Positions 8,827-18,449 of a DNA stretch of 63,471 nt are shown here, piece after piece. The stretch is from Pseudomonadales bacterium. Lineage in GTDB: Bacteria > Pseudomonadota > Gammaproteobacteria > Pseudomonadales > Azotimanducaceae. Position numbers and translations under genes: made by a program. The notes under the pieces were generated by a model, which made no database searches, had not been told where the DNA came from, and saw only the letters and a program-made list of their open reading frames with translations. Position 1 is the first letter of the stretch, and every line of letters starts with the position of its first letter. The stretch spans positions 1 to 63,471 of the forward strand of contig SLTB01000004.1 in assembly GCA_007130155.1 (NCBI GenBank). The letters run 5' to 3'.

Positions 8827-10644
8827 ATGGCCAGAATCCTGCCGCTCAAGTACGACAACCTCGGTTTCGATCCCGACGCCTTGCGAGAGAAGTACCGTCA
8901 GGAGCGGGACCGGCGACTGCGCCCGGACGGCGAGGAGCAATACGTCGAAGTGGAGGGCCGTTTCGCTCATTTCATCGACGACCCCTACGTGGAGCGCATC
9001 GAGCGCGAGCCTCTAGTTGAGGAGGTCGAGGTGGTCATCATTGGCGGTGGCTTCAGCGGAATGCTGGCTGCGGCGCGGCTGCAGCAGCGGGGTATCAACG
9101 ATGTTCGCATCCTCGAGGCCGGTGGTGATTTCGGCGGCACCTGGTACTGGAATCGCTATCCCGGCGCCCAGTGTGACATCGACGCCTACTGCTACCTGCC
9201 GCTGCTGGAGGAACTCGGCTACATGCCGAAAGAGAAGTATTCCTTCGCGCCCGAGATCTATGAACACTCCCAGCGCATCGGCGAGACCTTCAACCTCTAC
9301 GACATCGCCTGCTTCCAGACCCGGGTTATGGCCATCCACTGGGATGAGGAGCTGGCCTGCTGGCGCATTGCCACCGACCGCGATGATGACATTCGCGCCC
9401 ACTTTGTGATCCAGGCCACGGGACCGGCGAGTCGGCCCAAACTGCCGGGTATTCCCGGCATCGAGGATTTCGAAGGACACACCTTCCACACCAGCCGCTG
9501 GGACTACGCCTACACCGGCGGCGACCACAATGGCAACCTGGCCGGCTTGGCCGACAAGCGGGTTGCGGTCATCGGCACCGGCGCCACGGCGATCCAGTGT
9601 GTCCCCCATGTCGGTGCCGCCGCGAAGGAACTCTACGTCTTTCAGCGCACGCCGAGTTCCGTCGATCTGCGCGGCAACAAACCCACCGACCCGGAGTGGG
9701 TGGAAGCGCTGGAACCTGGCTGGCAGCGCCAGCGGCGGGAAAACTTCAATGCCGTGGTCATGGGGCAGCCAGTGGAAGTGGATCTGGTGGACGACGGCTG
9801 GACGGACATCTTCCACAACATCCGCTCGCTCATGGTTCAGGCCGGCGAGGCACCGAAGGATCTGGAGACCTTCGCGGCCATGGCTGAGCTGGCCGACTTC
9901 CAGAAGATGAACAGCATTCGCTCGCGAGTGGACGAGTCGGTCAGCGACCGGCAGTCCGCCGAGGCCCTTAAGCCCTGGTATCGTCAGTTCTGCAAGCGCC
10001 CCTGCTTCAACGACGAGTATCTCCCTGCCTTCAATCGCGACAGCGTCCACCTGATCGACGTCAGCGATGCTCACGGCGTGGAGAGAATCACCGCCAACTC
10101 GGTCGTCGCCAACGGCATCGAGTACGAAGTGGACTGCATCATCTTCGCCACCGGTTTCGAGATCACCACCTCGCCGAAACGGCGCATCGGCTTCAATATC
10201 ATCGGCCGCGACGGGGAGTCCCTTTTCGACCATTGGGCGAATGGTCTGCGTACCCTGCACGGCTTCTCGAGCCATGGTTTTCCGAACTGGTTCTTCGTTG
10301 GCATCTCCCAGAACGGCCTGTCGGTGAACATGACCTCCATGTTCGACGAACAGGCGCAGCACATCAGTTACATCATTGACGAAGTGAACAAGCGCGGGGC
10401 CAGGGTCGCCGAGGTCACCACCGAAGCCGAAGCGGCCTGGGTGGAGGAGATCAAGCGGGTGGCGGTCTACAACCGCGACTTTCTCGAAGCCTGTACACCC
10501 GGCTATTACAACAACGAAGGCGAGCTCGACAACGCATCCGGAGGGCTGGGCGGACAGACCTATGGCCTAGGCATCAATGCCTTCAACGCCCTGCTGCAGC
10601 AATGGCGCGCTGATGGCCAGCTCGAGGGTTTCACTCTGTGCTGA
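8827..10644 (+). CDS. Baeyer-Villiger flavin-containing monooxygenase
   Basis: 605 aa. FAD Rossmann GGGFSG, BVMO fingerprint FEGHTFHTSRW (FxGxxxHxxxW), second Rossmann IGTGATA. Confidence 0.9.
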   Translation: MARILPLKYDNLGFDPDALREKYRQERDRRLRPDGEEQYVEVEGRFAHFIDDPYVERIEREPLVEEVEVVIIGGGFSGMLAAARLQQRGINDVRILEAGGDFGGTWYWNRYPGAQCDIDAYCYLPLLEELGYMPKEKYSFAPEIYEHSQRIGETFNLYDIACFQTRVMAIHWDEELACWRIATDRDDDIRAHFVIQATGPASRPKLPGIPGIEDFEGHTFHTSRWDYAYTGGDHNGNLAGLADKRVAVIGTGATAIQCVPHVGAAAKELYVFQRTPSSVDLRGNKPTDPEWVEALEPGWQRQRRENFNAVVMGQPVEVDLVDDGWTDIFHNIRSLMVQAGEAPKDLETFAAMAELADFQKMNSIRSRVDESVSDRQSAEALKPWYRQFCKRPCFNDEYLPAFNRDSVHLIDVSDAHGVERITANSVVANGIEYEVDCIIFATGFEITTSPKRRIGFNIIGRDGESLFDHWANGLRTLHGFSSHGFPNWFFVGISQNGLSVNMTSMFDEQAQHISYIIDEVNKRGARVAEVTTEAEAAWVEEIKRVAVYNRDFLEACTPGYYNNEGELDNASGGLGGQTYGLGINAFNALLQQWRADGQLEGFTLC

Positions 10645-10713
10645 TGGCCCTCAGATCATCGCGTCGTTATCCATAGCAGACGTCCACATTCAACTCATAC
10701 CCAAGGAGACGCC

Positions 10714-11133
10714 ATGACCACCGTGACCGTGACTGAGACCATCGCTGGACCTGCCGCCAAAGTCTGGGCCCTGCTCAGTGACTTCGGCGGGGTGAAAGTC
10801 GGCGGCCCCATCGCTTCTGTCACCGTGGAAGGTGAGGGGGTCGGCATGGTCCGCACGCTCGGTCTTGGCGGCGGCCTGGTGGTCGAACGCCTCGACGCCT
10901 ACGACCCGGCGGCCATGACCTTCGGCTACAGTATCCTCAACGACGACAGCCCGCTTCCGGTGCAGGGCTACGCTGCCAGCGTACGCATCGCCGATCTCGG
11001 CGACGGTACCTGCCGGGTGGACTGGAGCGGGAACTTCGAGCCAAGGGGCGTAGCCGAGGCGGATGCCGTGGACGTAGTGGAAGGGATCTACAAGGGTGGT
11101 ATTGCCGGCGTGCGAAAAGCAGTGGCCGGCTGA
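10714..11133 (+). CDS. SRPBCC (Bet v1/polyketide cyclase-like) family protein
   Basis: 139 aa. Pattern AKVWALLSDFGG...VERL...Y.I and overall size fit SRPBCC ligand-binding proteins. Confidence 0.7.
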   Translation: MTTVTVTETIAGPAAKVWALLSDFGGVKVGGPIASVTVEGEGVGMVRTLGLGGGLVVERLDAYDPAAMTFGYSILNDDSPLPVQGYAASVRIADLGDGTCRVDWSGNFEPRGVAEADAVDVVEGIYKGGIAGVRKAVAG

Positions 11134-11175
11134 CTGCCATCCTCGGGATCGTCCCCGTTCTGCTGATCTGAACAA

Positions 11176-11589
11176 TCAGAGAACGAAGATGATCCCGACG
11201 TGACAGGCGACCACCACCACGGTGAGCTGCCAACGCAGCATCCGGTAGGCTGGGGAGTAGTCCCGATCAATCCCGCTAACGGCTTCGCTGAGGCGAAGTG
11301 CCAGGAACAGCAGGGCCTGTATCGGGGCGACCCACATGGGCAGCAAGGCGAAAGCGAGGAAGCTTAAGACGGGAAAACTCACGGCAACGATCGCCATGGT
11401 TGTCGCCGCCTGGGGGCGATACAGAACCGGCCACAGCACACCTGCCATGAAGCCCAGAATCAGTGCGCTGTAAATGTGGAAAAGCTGAATGGCCTGGGCG
11501 CTGGACCCGATCACGGGCTGCCAGGCCAGTCCCAGCAGGCCCACGAATGGCAGCAGTCCCGCGTAGCCCAACCCCCGGATCAAGATCAT
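11176..11589 (-). CDS. small integral membrane protein (DUF3429-like)
   Basis: 137 aa with four hydrophobic helices. N-terminal LGYAGLLPF motif, recalled from DUF3429. Its start overlaps the serA stop (TGATG). Confidence 0.6.
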   Translation of the reverse strand: MILIRGLGYAGLLPFVGLLGLAWQPVIGSSAQAIQLFHIYSALILGFMAGVLWPVLYRPQAATTMAIVAVSFPVLSFLAFALLPMWVAPIQALLFLALRLSEAVSGIDRDYSPAYRMLRWQLTVVVVACHVGIIFVL

Positions 11590-12824
11590 CAGAACAGCAC
11601 GCGCGTGCGGATGGTCCCCTCCACCTTGCGGATGCCTTCCAGAGCTCGTTCGCTGTGCTCGACGTCGGTGTCGACCACCACGTAGCCGATCTCGGCATTG
11701 GTCTGCAGATACTGGGCGGAGATGTTCAGCCCGTTATCCGAGAACACCTGGTTGATGGACGAGAGCACTCCGGGAACGTTGCGGTGAATGTGCAGCAGGC
11801 GGTGCTTGCCCGGGTGCGAAGGCAGCCCCACTTCGGGGAAATTTACCGAGCCAATGCTGGAGCCGTTGTCGCTCCAGAACGTCAGCCGTTCGGAGACCTC
11901 GCGGCCGATGTTCTCCTGGGCCTCCACCGTGCTGCCGCCGATGTGCGGTGTGAGAATCACGTTGTCGAAGGCACACAGTGGGGACTCGAAGGGATCATCG
12001 TTGGATCGCGGCTCCTCCGGGAAGACATCGATGGCTGCACCGAGAATCTGCCTGGCTTCCAGGGCAGCGGCCAGGGCGCCGATGTCCACGACCTTGCCCC
12101 GCGACGCGTTGATCAGCACGGCATTGCGCTTCATGTAGCCGAGCAGTGTGGCGTCGATCATGTTGCGGGTGTTTGGCGTATCCGGCACGTGCAGCGTTAC
12201 CACATCCGACTCACCGAGCAGGTCGCGCAGGCTGTCCACCTGCTCGGCGTTGCCGAGCTTGAGTTTGCGGGTAACGTCGTAGAAGCGTACGCGCATGCCC
12301 AGGGATTCGGCCATCACCCCGAGCTGGGAACCGATGTTGCCGTAGCCGACAATGCCCAGGGTCTTGCCGCGCAGTTCATAGCTTTGCTTGGCCGTCTTCT
12401 GCCAGCCACCGCGGTGGGCCACGGCGTTCTTCTCGGGAATGCCGCGCAGCAGCAGGATGGCCTCGGCCAGCACCAGCTCTGCCACACTGCGGGTGTTGGA
12501 GAAGGGAGCGTTGAATACGGGAATGCCGCGCATGAGGGCCGCCATCAGGTCTACCTGATTGGTGCCGATGCAGAAACAACCGACACCTATCAGACGCTTG
12601 GCGGCGGCGAATACCTCCGTATCGAGCTGCGTCCGGGAGCGGATGCCGAGCAGGTGCACGCCGGATACGGCTTCCAGCAGCTCTTCCCGGGACAGGGATC
12701 CAGAGATCTGCTCCACGTTGCGATAGCCGGCGCGGGCGAAGCCCTCCACTGCGGTGTCGCTGATGCCTTCGAGCAGGAGGATGCGGATCTTGTCCTTGGA
12801 TAGAGAAGTGCGGGCGCTGGTCAT
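11589..12824 (-). CDS. serA: D-3-phosphoglycerate dehydrogenase
   Basis: Collinear by eye with E. coli SerA (GCFCIGTNQVD, FNAPFSNTRSVAELV, GYGNIGSQLG, LTPHIGGST) and has a C-terminal ACT domain. ORF trimmed to ATG 12824 (MTSARTSLSKDKIRILLLEG). Confidence 0.95.
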   Translation of the reverse strand: MTSARTSLSKDKIRILLLEGISDTAVEGFARAGYRNVEQISGSLSREELLEAVSGVHLLGIRSRTQLDTEVFAAAKRLIGVGCFCIGTNQVDLMAALMRGIPVFNAPFSNTRSVAELVLAEAILLLRGIPEKNAVAHRGGWQKTAKQSYELRGKTLGIVGYGNIGSQLGVMAESLGMRVRFYDVTRKLKLGNAEQVDSLRDLLGESDVVTLHVPDTPNTRNMIDATLLGYMKRNAVLINASRGKVVDIGALAAALEARQILGAAIDVFPEEPRSNDDPFESPLCAFDNVILTPHIGGSTVEAQENIGREVSERLTFWSDNGSSIGSVNFPEVGLPSHPGKHRLLHIHRNVPGVLSSINQVFSDNGLNISAQYLQTNAEIGYVVVDTDVEHSERALEGIRKVEGTIRTRVLF

Positions 12825-12872
12825 GATTGGAGCCGTGCCTGGGTAGCGGGGAAAAAGGGCGCGCATGATAGC

Positions 12873-14327
12873 ATGACATCCCCGAAGCACTGGCCCGCGA
12901 GCACCATGGAACAAGCGACCTCACGTACCGTCCCGAGCCCCCTCGCGACCGCCGCTGTGGCGGCATTGTCGAGCCTGTTCGGTGACCGCCTGCGCCAGGA
13001 CGATGCGTCCCTCGAAACCTGGGGCCGGGACTGGACCCGCAGTTTCGAAGTGGCGCCGAGCGCGGTGGTGTTCCCGAACAGCACGGATGAAGTGGTGGCC
13101 CTGGTCCAGGCAGCCCGTGAGCATGGTTTCGCCCTGGTCCCATCGGGTGGCCGCACTGGTCTCTCCGGCGGGGCCGTTGCGCCAGCCGGTGAGGTGGTGG
13201 TGTCCTTCGATCGCATGAACCGCATCCTGGAGTTGGACGCGGCGGGGCAACTCCTGCGCTGCGAGGCGGGCACCATCACCCAGACCATTCAGGATCACGC
13301 CGAGGAGCACGGCCTGTTCTATCCGGTGGACTTCGCCTCCGCAGGCTCCTCGCAGATTGGCGGCAACGTGGCCACCAACGCCGGCGGCATCAAGGTGATC
13401 CGCTACGGCATGACCCGGGACTGGGTGGCGGGATTGAAGGTCGTCACCGGCCGTGGCGAAGTGCTGGATCTCGGCCGTGGCCTGGTGAAGGACAACACGG
13501 GTTACGACCTGCGGCACCTGTTCGTGGGCTCCGAAGGTACTCTGGGCCTGATCACCGAAGTCACCCTGCGCCTGACCCGTCAGCCGGCTGCCCAGCAGGT
13601 GCTGGTTCTGGGCCTATCCGCTTTCCCGGTGGTCATGGAGGTCCTGCATGCCTTCCGCCAGCGCCTCGAAGTCTCAGCCTTCGAGTTCTTCGATGCCAAG
13701 GCCTTGGCCAAGGTGCTGGCCCGGACCGGGTTGCCAGCGCCCTTTGCGGCCGATGCTGAGACCTGTCCCTACTACGTGCTGGTGGAAGTTGAAGTCAGCC
13801 ATGATGCCGATGCACCGCTTGCGGTGTTCGAGCACTGCGTCGAGCAGGGGTGGGTGGTCGACGGGGTGCTCAGCCAGTCCGAGGAGCAGGCCAGAAAGCT
13901 CTGGCGCTTGCGCGAGGACATCTCCGAGACCATCAGCCACTGGACGCCCTACAAGAACGATCTGGCCGTACGCGTCGCGCGAGTCCCGGAATTTCTGGCC
14001 GAAGTGGACGCCTTCGTCGGCCGCCACTACCCCGATCTCGAGGTAATCTGGTTCGGCCACATCGGCGACGGCAACCTGCACCTGAACATCCTCAAGCCCG
14101 AGGACATGCCTCAGGCCGCGTTCTACGAGCGCTGCCACGCGGCGTCGAAGGAGATCTTCATCATGATCCGTCGCCATGGCGGCAGCGTGTCCGCCGAGCA
14201 CGGCGTGGGCCTTCTGAAAAAGGACTACCTCGGCTACTCACGCTCGTCGGAAGAGATCGCCTACCTGCGTGCCATCCGAGCGGCCTTTGATCCGGATGGC
14301 ATCCTCAATCCCGGCAAGCTGGTCTGA
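12873..14327 (+). CDS. FAD-linked oxidase (GlcD/D-2-hydroxyglutarate dehydrogenase family)
   Basis: 484-aa ORF with an FAD-binding PCMH-type domain (PSGGRTGLSGGA) and a C-terminal SAEHGVGLLK motif. Alternative start at ATG 12906. Confidence 0.85.
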   Translation: MTSPKHWPASTMEQATSRTVPSPLATAAVAALSSLFGDRLRQDDASLETWGRDWTRSFEVAPSAVVFPNSTDEVVALVQAAREHGFALVPSGGRTGLSGGAVAPAGEVVVSFDRMNRILELDAAGQLLRCEAGTITQTIQDHAEEHGLFYPVDFASAGSSQIGGNVATNAGGIKVIRYGMTRDWVAGLKVVTGRGEVLDLGRGLVKDNTGYDLRHLFVGSEGTLGLITEVTLRLTRQPAAQQVLVLGLSAFPVVMEVLHAFRQRLEVSAFEFFDAKALAKVLARTGLPAPFAADAETCPYYVLVEVEVSHDADAPLAVFEHCVEQGWVVDGVLSQSEEQARKLWRLREDISETISHWTPYKNDLAVRVARVPEFLAEVDAFVGRHYPDLEVIWFGHIGDGNLHLNILKPEDMPQAAFYERCHAASKEIFIMIRRHGGSVSAEHGVGLLKKDYLGYSRSSEEIAYLRAIRAAFDPDGILNPGKLV

Positions 14328-14363
14328 GAAGCTTGGGCTGCCGAGGGATTCGGCCGTGACACC

Positions 14364-15032
14364 GTGACCGCACATATCCTCGGCGGCATGATTGCCCTGA
14401 TAGCAGGCGTGCTGGCACTTGCGGCCGAGAAGGGCGGGGCGCTGCATCGCGGTGGTGGTCTGGTTTTCGTCGTGGCCATGGTGGTGATGGCCGTGACCGG
14501 CGGCGCGCTGGCGGCCTTCATTCCTGAGCGCTTGTTTGTGGTGGCGGCAGGCCTGTCGCTGTACTTGGTGGTCACCGCGCTGTTGACCGTTCGGCCACCG
14601 CCTCCGGATGACCGGCTGGTGCATTGGGTGGCGCTGGGCGTCGGGGTGGCTGTGGCCCTGCTCGGCATCACCTTCGGTATCGAGGCTCTGGGGCGGGAGG
14701 GCGGCCAGCTCGACGGCTTTCCGGCGGCGCTCTACCTCGTTTTCGGTGGGGTGGCCGCGATGGGCGCCTTAGGTGATCTGAGCATGTTGCGAAGCGGGCC
14801 ACTGAATGGGCATAGGCGCATCGGCCGTCACCTCTGGCGCATGTGCTTCGCGCTGTTCATCGCCACGGCCTCGTTCTTTCTGGGCCAGGCCCAGGTGTTC
14901 CCTGAATCCATCCGCTATTTCGCACTGCTTTCCGTTCCGATGATCGTTGTTCTGGCAATCATGGTGTACTGGCTCTTGCGCGTGCTGTGGTTTGCGCCGC
15001 GCAGAGCCAGGGCCGACTCCTTCGAGGATTGA
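14364..15032 (+). CDS. hypothetical integral membrane protein
   Basis: 222 aa, GTG start, six hydrophobic segments. I recognise no motif. Confidence 0.5.
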   Translation: MTAHILGGMIALIAGVLALAAEKGGALHRGGGLVFVVAMVVMAVTGGALAAFIPERLFVVAAGLSLYLVVTALLTVRPPPPDDRLVHWVALGVGVAVALLGITFGIEALGREGGQLDGFPAALYLVFGGVAAMGALGDLSMLRSGPLNGHRRIGRHLWRMCFALFIATASFFLGQAQVFPESIRYFALLSVPMIVVLAIMVYWLLRVLWFAPRRARADSFED

Positions 15033-16727
15033 TTAATCCTCCTCTGTCTCCGCGTTCTCATCCGTTTCGCGTGCAGCCTGTTCAGCCTCCCGCTCGGCCT
15101 TCTCCGCTTCCTTCTCCGCTTCCTTCTTTGCGTTTTCGGCCGCCGTTGCGTCGAGGTAGAACTGCTGATCGCCGTAGTAGTTGTCGATGGCGTGTTCGGC
15201 CGACACCGGGCTCAGATAGTGTCTCTCGGTGAGGCCCTCCTTGTTCATGGCCAGCCCCGTCAGGCAGGCCTTGACGATATGAGCGCTGTTGAGCACCGTC
15301 ATGTAGGTCGGGTCCAGCGCCGGATGCAGTTCGATGAGGTCGAAACCGATCACATTGGACTCAGCGCAGAGTCGGCGGATGATAGTGATCGATTCGCGCA
15401 TGCTCAGCCCGCCGGAGACCGGCGTTCCGGTGGCGCGCATGTAGGCGGGATCGACCACATCGATGTCGAAGGAAATGAACAGTTTGCGGCCTTCCTCGCT
15501 GGCCTCCGCGACCACGCGATCGAGCACGGCCTCCCACCCGCGGCGCTCGATCTCCGCCATGGTGTGGTAGCGCATGCCGTTCTCACGCATCCACTCAAAA
15601 GCGGCCCGGTCCGGCCCGCTCGAACGCAGGCCCATCTGGATGTAGTCCGAGATGCGCACGTGGCCTTCGTTGAGGAGCCGATACACGGGAGCCCCGTGGC
15701 TGATCAGGTGAGGAGACCCCCACCAGGCATCGTAGTGGGCGTCGAAGTGAATGACGGTGATCTCTTCCTTACCGTAGACGTCAGCCAGGCCGGCGATGTT
15801 CGGATAGGACAGGGAGTGGTCACCGCCGATGATCAGCGGTATCGCTCCGGTCTGGGCGATTTCGCGGACCACCCGTCGCACTTCCTGCATGGAGCGCTCG
15901 GTGCTGTCGTTGTCGATGGCGATGTCGCCGTAGTCGACGATATTCAGCACGCTGCCGGGATTCACGTGCACATACTGATCGGGGCCGCCCATGCCGCCGC
16001 CCATCACACGCATCTCGGTGGTGCTCTGGCTGCCGGAGTCGCGCCAGGCGGACCCCATGTTCAGGGGCGCACCGACCACGGCCGCGTCCACCTTGCCTTC
16101 GATCAGATCTTCCTGGGTCAGGGCCAGCGGGAAACCACCGAAGGTGGGCGGGCCGCCACGGCCGTTGTAGCGACCCAGTCCAATGGGCCCAGCCTCACGC
16201 GCGGGATCCATGGATCGGGGACGAACCATGCGCCAGGCGTTGAACTCCGGTGAATCTGTGTTCAGCGGAATGTTCGGGGCGTCCCGGCCTTCCTTATAGC
16301 GGCTGCCTTCGACCACATAGACCATGGCCTGGACCCAGGCCTGTATCTCCTCCGGAGTGCGTTTCTCCAGTTCCTCCAGGGTCTTTTTCAGGTTGCCTGC
16401 GAAGCGGCGGGCGTCGCCGCTGGCGAGAAACGCGATTTCCTCTTCCGTCAGCAGTTCGAGCTTCGGCATCACCGATTCCGGCAGCTCGATACCTTCACGC
16501 TCCTCCTCTCGCGGATCGACGGTGTCGAAGGGGTAGGGATTCGTGCCGACTACGTGTTCAGGCGTCTCAGGCACCTCGAAGGTGGTGGGCGTCTCGGCCT
16601 CGTCAACGGCCTCGGCATCTCGCTCCTCGGCAGCGGCGGGCACCATGGCCGTCAGGCTCAAGGCCATCGACAGTCCGAGCACTGCGACGCCCCGACGGAG
16701 CGGGTGGGGCGTGAATTCGGCTTGCAT
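15033..16727 (-). CDS. exported arginase/agmatinase/formiminoglutamase-family ureohydrolase (canonical Mn ligands)
   Basis: Start trimmed to ATG 16727, after GGAGG. Signal peptide LGLSMALSLTAMVPAAA. A long acidic N-terminal extension precedes an arginase fold with intact motifs GGDHSLSYP, HFDAHYD and SFDIDVVDP. Charged KEAEKEAEK tail. Confidence 0.85.
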   Translation of the reverse strand: MQAEFTPHPLRRGVAVLGLSMALSLTAMVPAAAEERDAEAVDEAETPTTFEVPETPEHVVGTNPYPFDTVDPREEEREGIELPESVMPKLELLTEEEIAFLASGDARRFAGNLKKTLEELEKRTPEEIQAWVQAMVYVVEGSRYKEGRDAPNIPLNTDSPEFNAWRMVRPRSMDPAREAGPIGLGRYNGRGGPPTFGGFPLALTQEDLIEGKVDAAVVGAPLNMGSAWRDSGSQSTTEMRVMGGGMGGPDQYVHVNPGSVLNIVDYGDIAIDNDSTERSMQEVRRVVREIAQTGAIPLIIGGDHSLSYPNIAGLADVYGKEEITVIHFDAHYDAWWGSPHLISHGAPVYRLLNEGHVRISDYIQMGLRSSGPDRAAFEWMRENGMRYHTMAEIERRGWEAVLDRVVAEASEEGRKLFISFDIDVVDPAYMRATGTPVSGGLSMRESITIIRRLCAESNVIGFDLIELHPALDPTYMTVLNSAHIVKACLTGLAMNKEGLTERHYLSPVSAEHAIDNYYGDQQFYLDATAAENAKKEAEKEAEKAEREAEQAARETDENAETEED

Positions 16728-16782
16728 CACAGAACCTCCAGGGCTTTGAAACGGCGCGGTGGCGGCAGATGATCCATCGGTA

Positions 16783-18177
16783 TCAGCCCTGGCCATGATC
16801 GAGCGCCAGCGGATGAATGTAGTTGGGTCTGAAGCCGGCCGCCCGTGCGGCCATGCCCACGAGGCAGGCGTTGAGAATGGCATTGGCGTTCAGCGCCGAC
16901 AGGCGCGAGTAGTCCAGCATCGGTGCCATGTCAGTGATCTCGAATCCCACGACTTCCTTGGCGTTGCAGATGTGGCGGACCGCCCTGGTCACCTCCCCGA
17001 CCCGCAGGCCATTGGTGGCAATCCGTCCGGCAGCCACCATGTCGCTGGGGTCGATAACGCTGACGTCGATAGACACGAACACCTTGCTCGGTCCCCGTTC
17101 GACCTCTCTGATCACTCGCGAGAGCACCCTGTCGTAGCCGCGCCGCTCGACTGACGCCATGGTGTGGTAGCGGACGCCCTGGTCGCGCAGCCACTGCAGG
17201 TTGTCCGCCGTCACGTCGTTGCCCCGCAGGCCGACCTGCACCATCGACCGGCCTGCGACGATGCCCTCATTGAGCAGCAGGAAGATGGCCTGGGTATCGG
17301 AGATGGTGTGGACAGCGTTGCGATGTACATCCGGATGCGCGCTGAAGTGCACCAGTCCGAAGCTGCCGTTGCCGTGATGCTTGGCGACGCCTTTTACGCC
17401 TGGATACAGCATGGAGGTGTCCCCGCCCACCAGCATGGGTACGGCGCCGGTGGCAGCGGTCTCCGCCACCATGTCGGTGACATGACCTATGGTCCGCGCG
17501 GTGCTCATGTTGTCGACGGAGAAATCGCCGTAGTCCACCACTGACAGCACGTCCAGGGGATTGAGCAGCGTCTGCACGTCGGGTGTGGCCATGGTGTTGA
17601 GCGCGCGCATCACGCGGGGACCATGTTTGGCGTTCCGTCGGCCGCTGCCCATGTCATTGGGGATGCCTATGATGGCCACATCGACGCCACCGGCTACGAG
17701 GTCTTCCGGATAGATCGCCACCTTGGCTCCGGCGAAGGTGGGGACGCCGCTTTCGGGGAAGATGTAGCGGTGCACGCTGAAAGGGCCTGGCTCCCGCACG
17801 TGCTTGCGCAATGGCGCCGGCGTTGAAATCGTCTGGCCGTTGAAATTGTTCGAATCGAGGTTCAACGGTATGGCACCCATATCCCGCTCGGGGTCGTAGC
17901 CCATCTCGCCTGCCACCTGCATCAGGTCAGTGATGAAGGTGCGCAGGGAGTCCTCATCGCGCGCGGAGATCTCGTGTTCGAGCTGCCGCGACGGCAGGAA
18001 CTCCAATGCGGCACCGCTGACAATGAACTGCTGTTGCTCCGGCTCGAGCATGGCGATTTCGTCGCGCAGTTCCCGTGGCAGTTGCCAATCGCTGGCGACA
18101 GCGCCGTTGGCTGCGAGCAGCATCGCCCCTGCAAGCACTGTGCAGGCAAGTCGCGCATGGATGGTTGGACCATTCAT
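16783..18177 (-). CDS. exported arginase-fold paralog with degenerate metal-binding motifs
   Basis: 464 aa. Signal peptide LACTVLAGAMLLAANGAVA. Shares the N-terminal extension with the upstream paralog. Motifs read GGDTSMLYP, HFSAHPD and SIDVSVIDP, i.e. H->T, D->S and D->S at canonical ligand positions. Confidence 0.8.
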   Translation of the reverse strand: MNGPTIHARLACTVLAGAMLLAANGAVASDWQLPRELRDEIAMLEPEQQQFIVSGAALEFLPSRQLEHEISARDEDSLRTFITDLMQVAGEMGYDPERDMGAIPLNLDSNNFNGQTISTPAPLRKHVREPGPFSVHRYIFPESGVPTFAGAKVAIYPEDLVAGGVDVAIIGIPNDMGSGRRNAKHGPRVMRALNTMATPDVQTLLNPLDVLSVVDYGDFSVDNMSTARTIGHVTDMVAETAATGAVPMLVGGDTSMLYPGVKGVAKHHGNGSFGLVHFSAHPDVHRNAVHTISDTQAIFLLLNEGIVAGRSMVQVGLRGNDVTADNLQWLRDQGVRYHTMASVERRGYDRVLSRVIREVERGPSKVFVSIDVSVIDPSDMVAAGRIATNGLRVGEVTRAVRHICNAKEVVGFEITDMAPMLDYSRLSALNANAILNACLVGMAARAAGFRPNYIHPLALDHGQG

Positions 18178-18394
18178 GGTTGGTTCTCCAGATCCCCGTA
18201 GGCGTCATTCCGGGCCTGCCGGAAGACACAAATGAAGCAAGTCTCACGCTCGAGCCCCATCGGTCGTCGATGCGGGCTGCTGGCGCGCCTGTCCCCACGT
18301 ACTCACTATCGGCGCCGCGTAGCCGTGGCGTTCCACAACCATGCAATCTAGGCGCCATCCTGGCTCACGCTTACTCCGGCTGCCCAGGCCACAT

Positions 18395-18449
18395 CCGGCA
18401 GCCGGATGTCTCTGTTTCTCCATCCGGCTGCCGGCAGGTCTGCCTGCCG
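18395..18449. promoter_or_regulatory. perfect 14-bp inverted repeat (12-nt spacer) overlapping a second 7-bp hairpin
   Basis: CCGGCAGCCGGATG (18395-18408) pairs with CATCCGGCTGCCGG (18421-18434). CGGCAGG (18432-18438) pairs with CCTGCCG (18443-18449). The two structures share bases, so they are mutually exclusive. Confidence 0.45.

Noticed and set aside
9013-10362. 449-aa minus-strand ORF inside the BVMO gene
   Set aside because: Antisense shadow ORF of a gene with clear FAD and BVMO fingerprints. It has no motifs of its own.
11463-12803. 446-aa plus-strand ORF opposite serA
   Set aside because: Antisense to serA, which aligns along its whole length with E. coli SerA.
15024-15041. Hairpin GAGGATT-GATT-AATCCTC containing both stop codons of the convergent genes at 15032/15033
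   Set aside because: It is real in the sequence, but only a 7-bp AT-containing stem with no T-run. It is probably a coincidence of two abutting stops rather than a functional bidirectional terminator.
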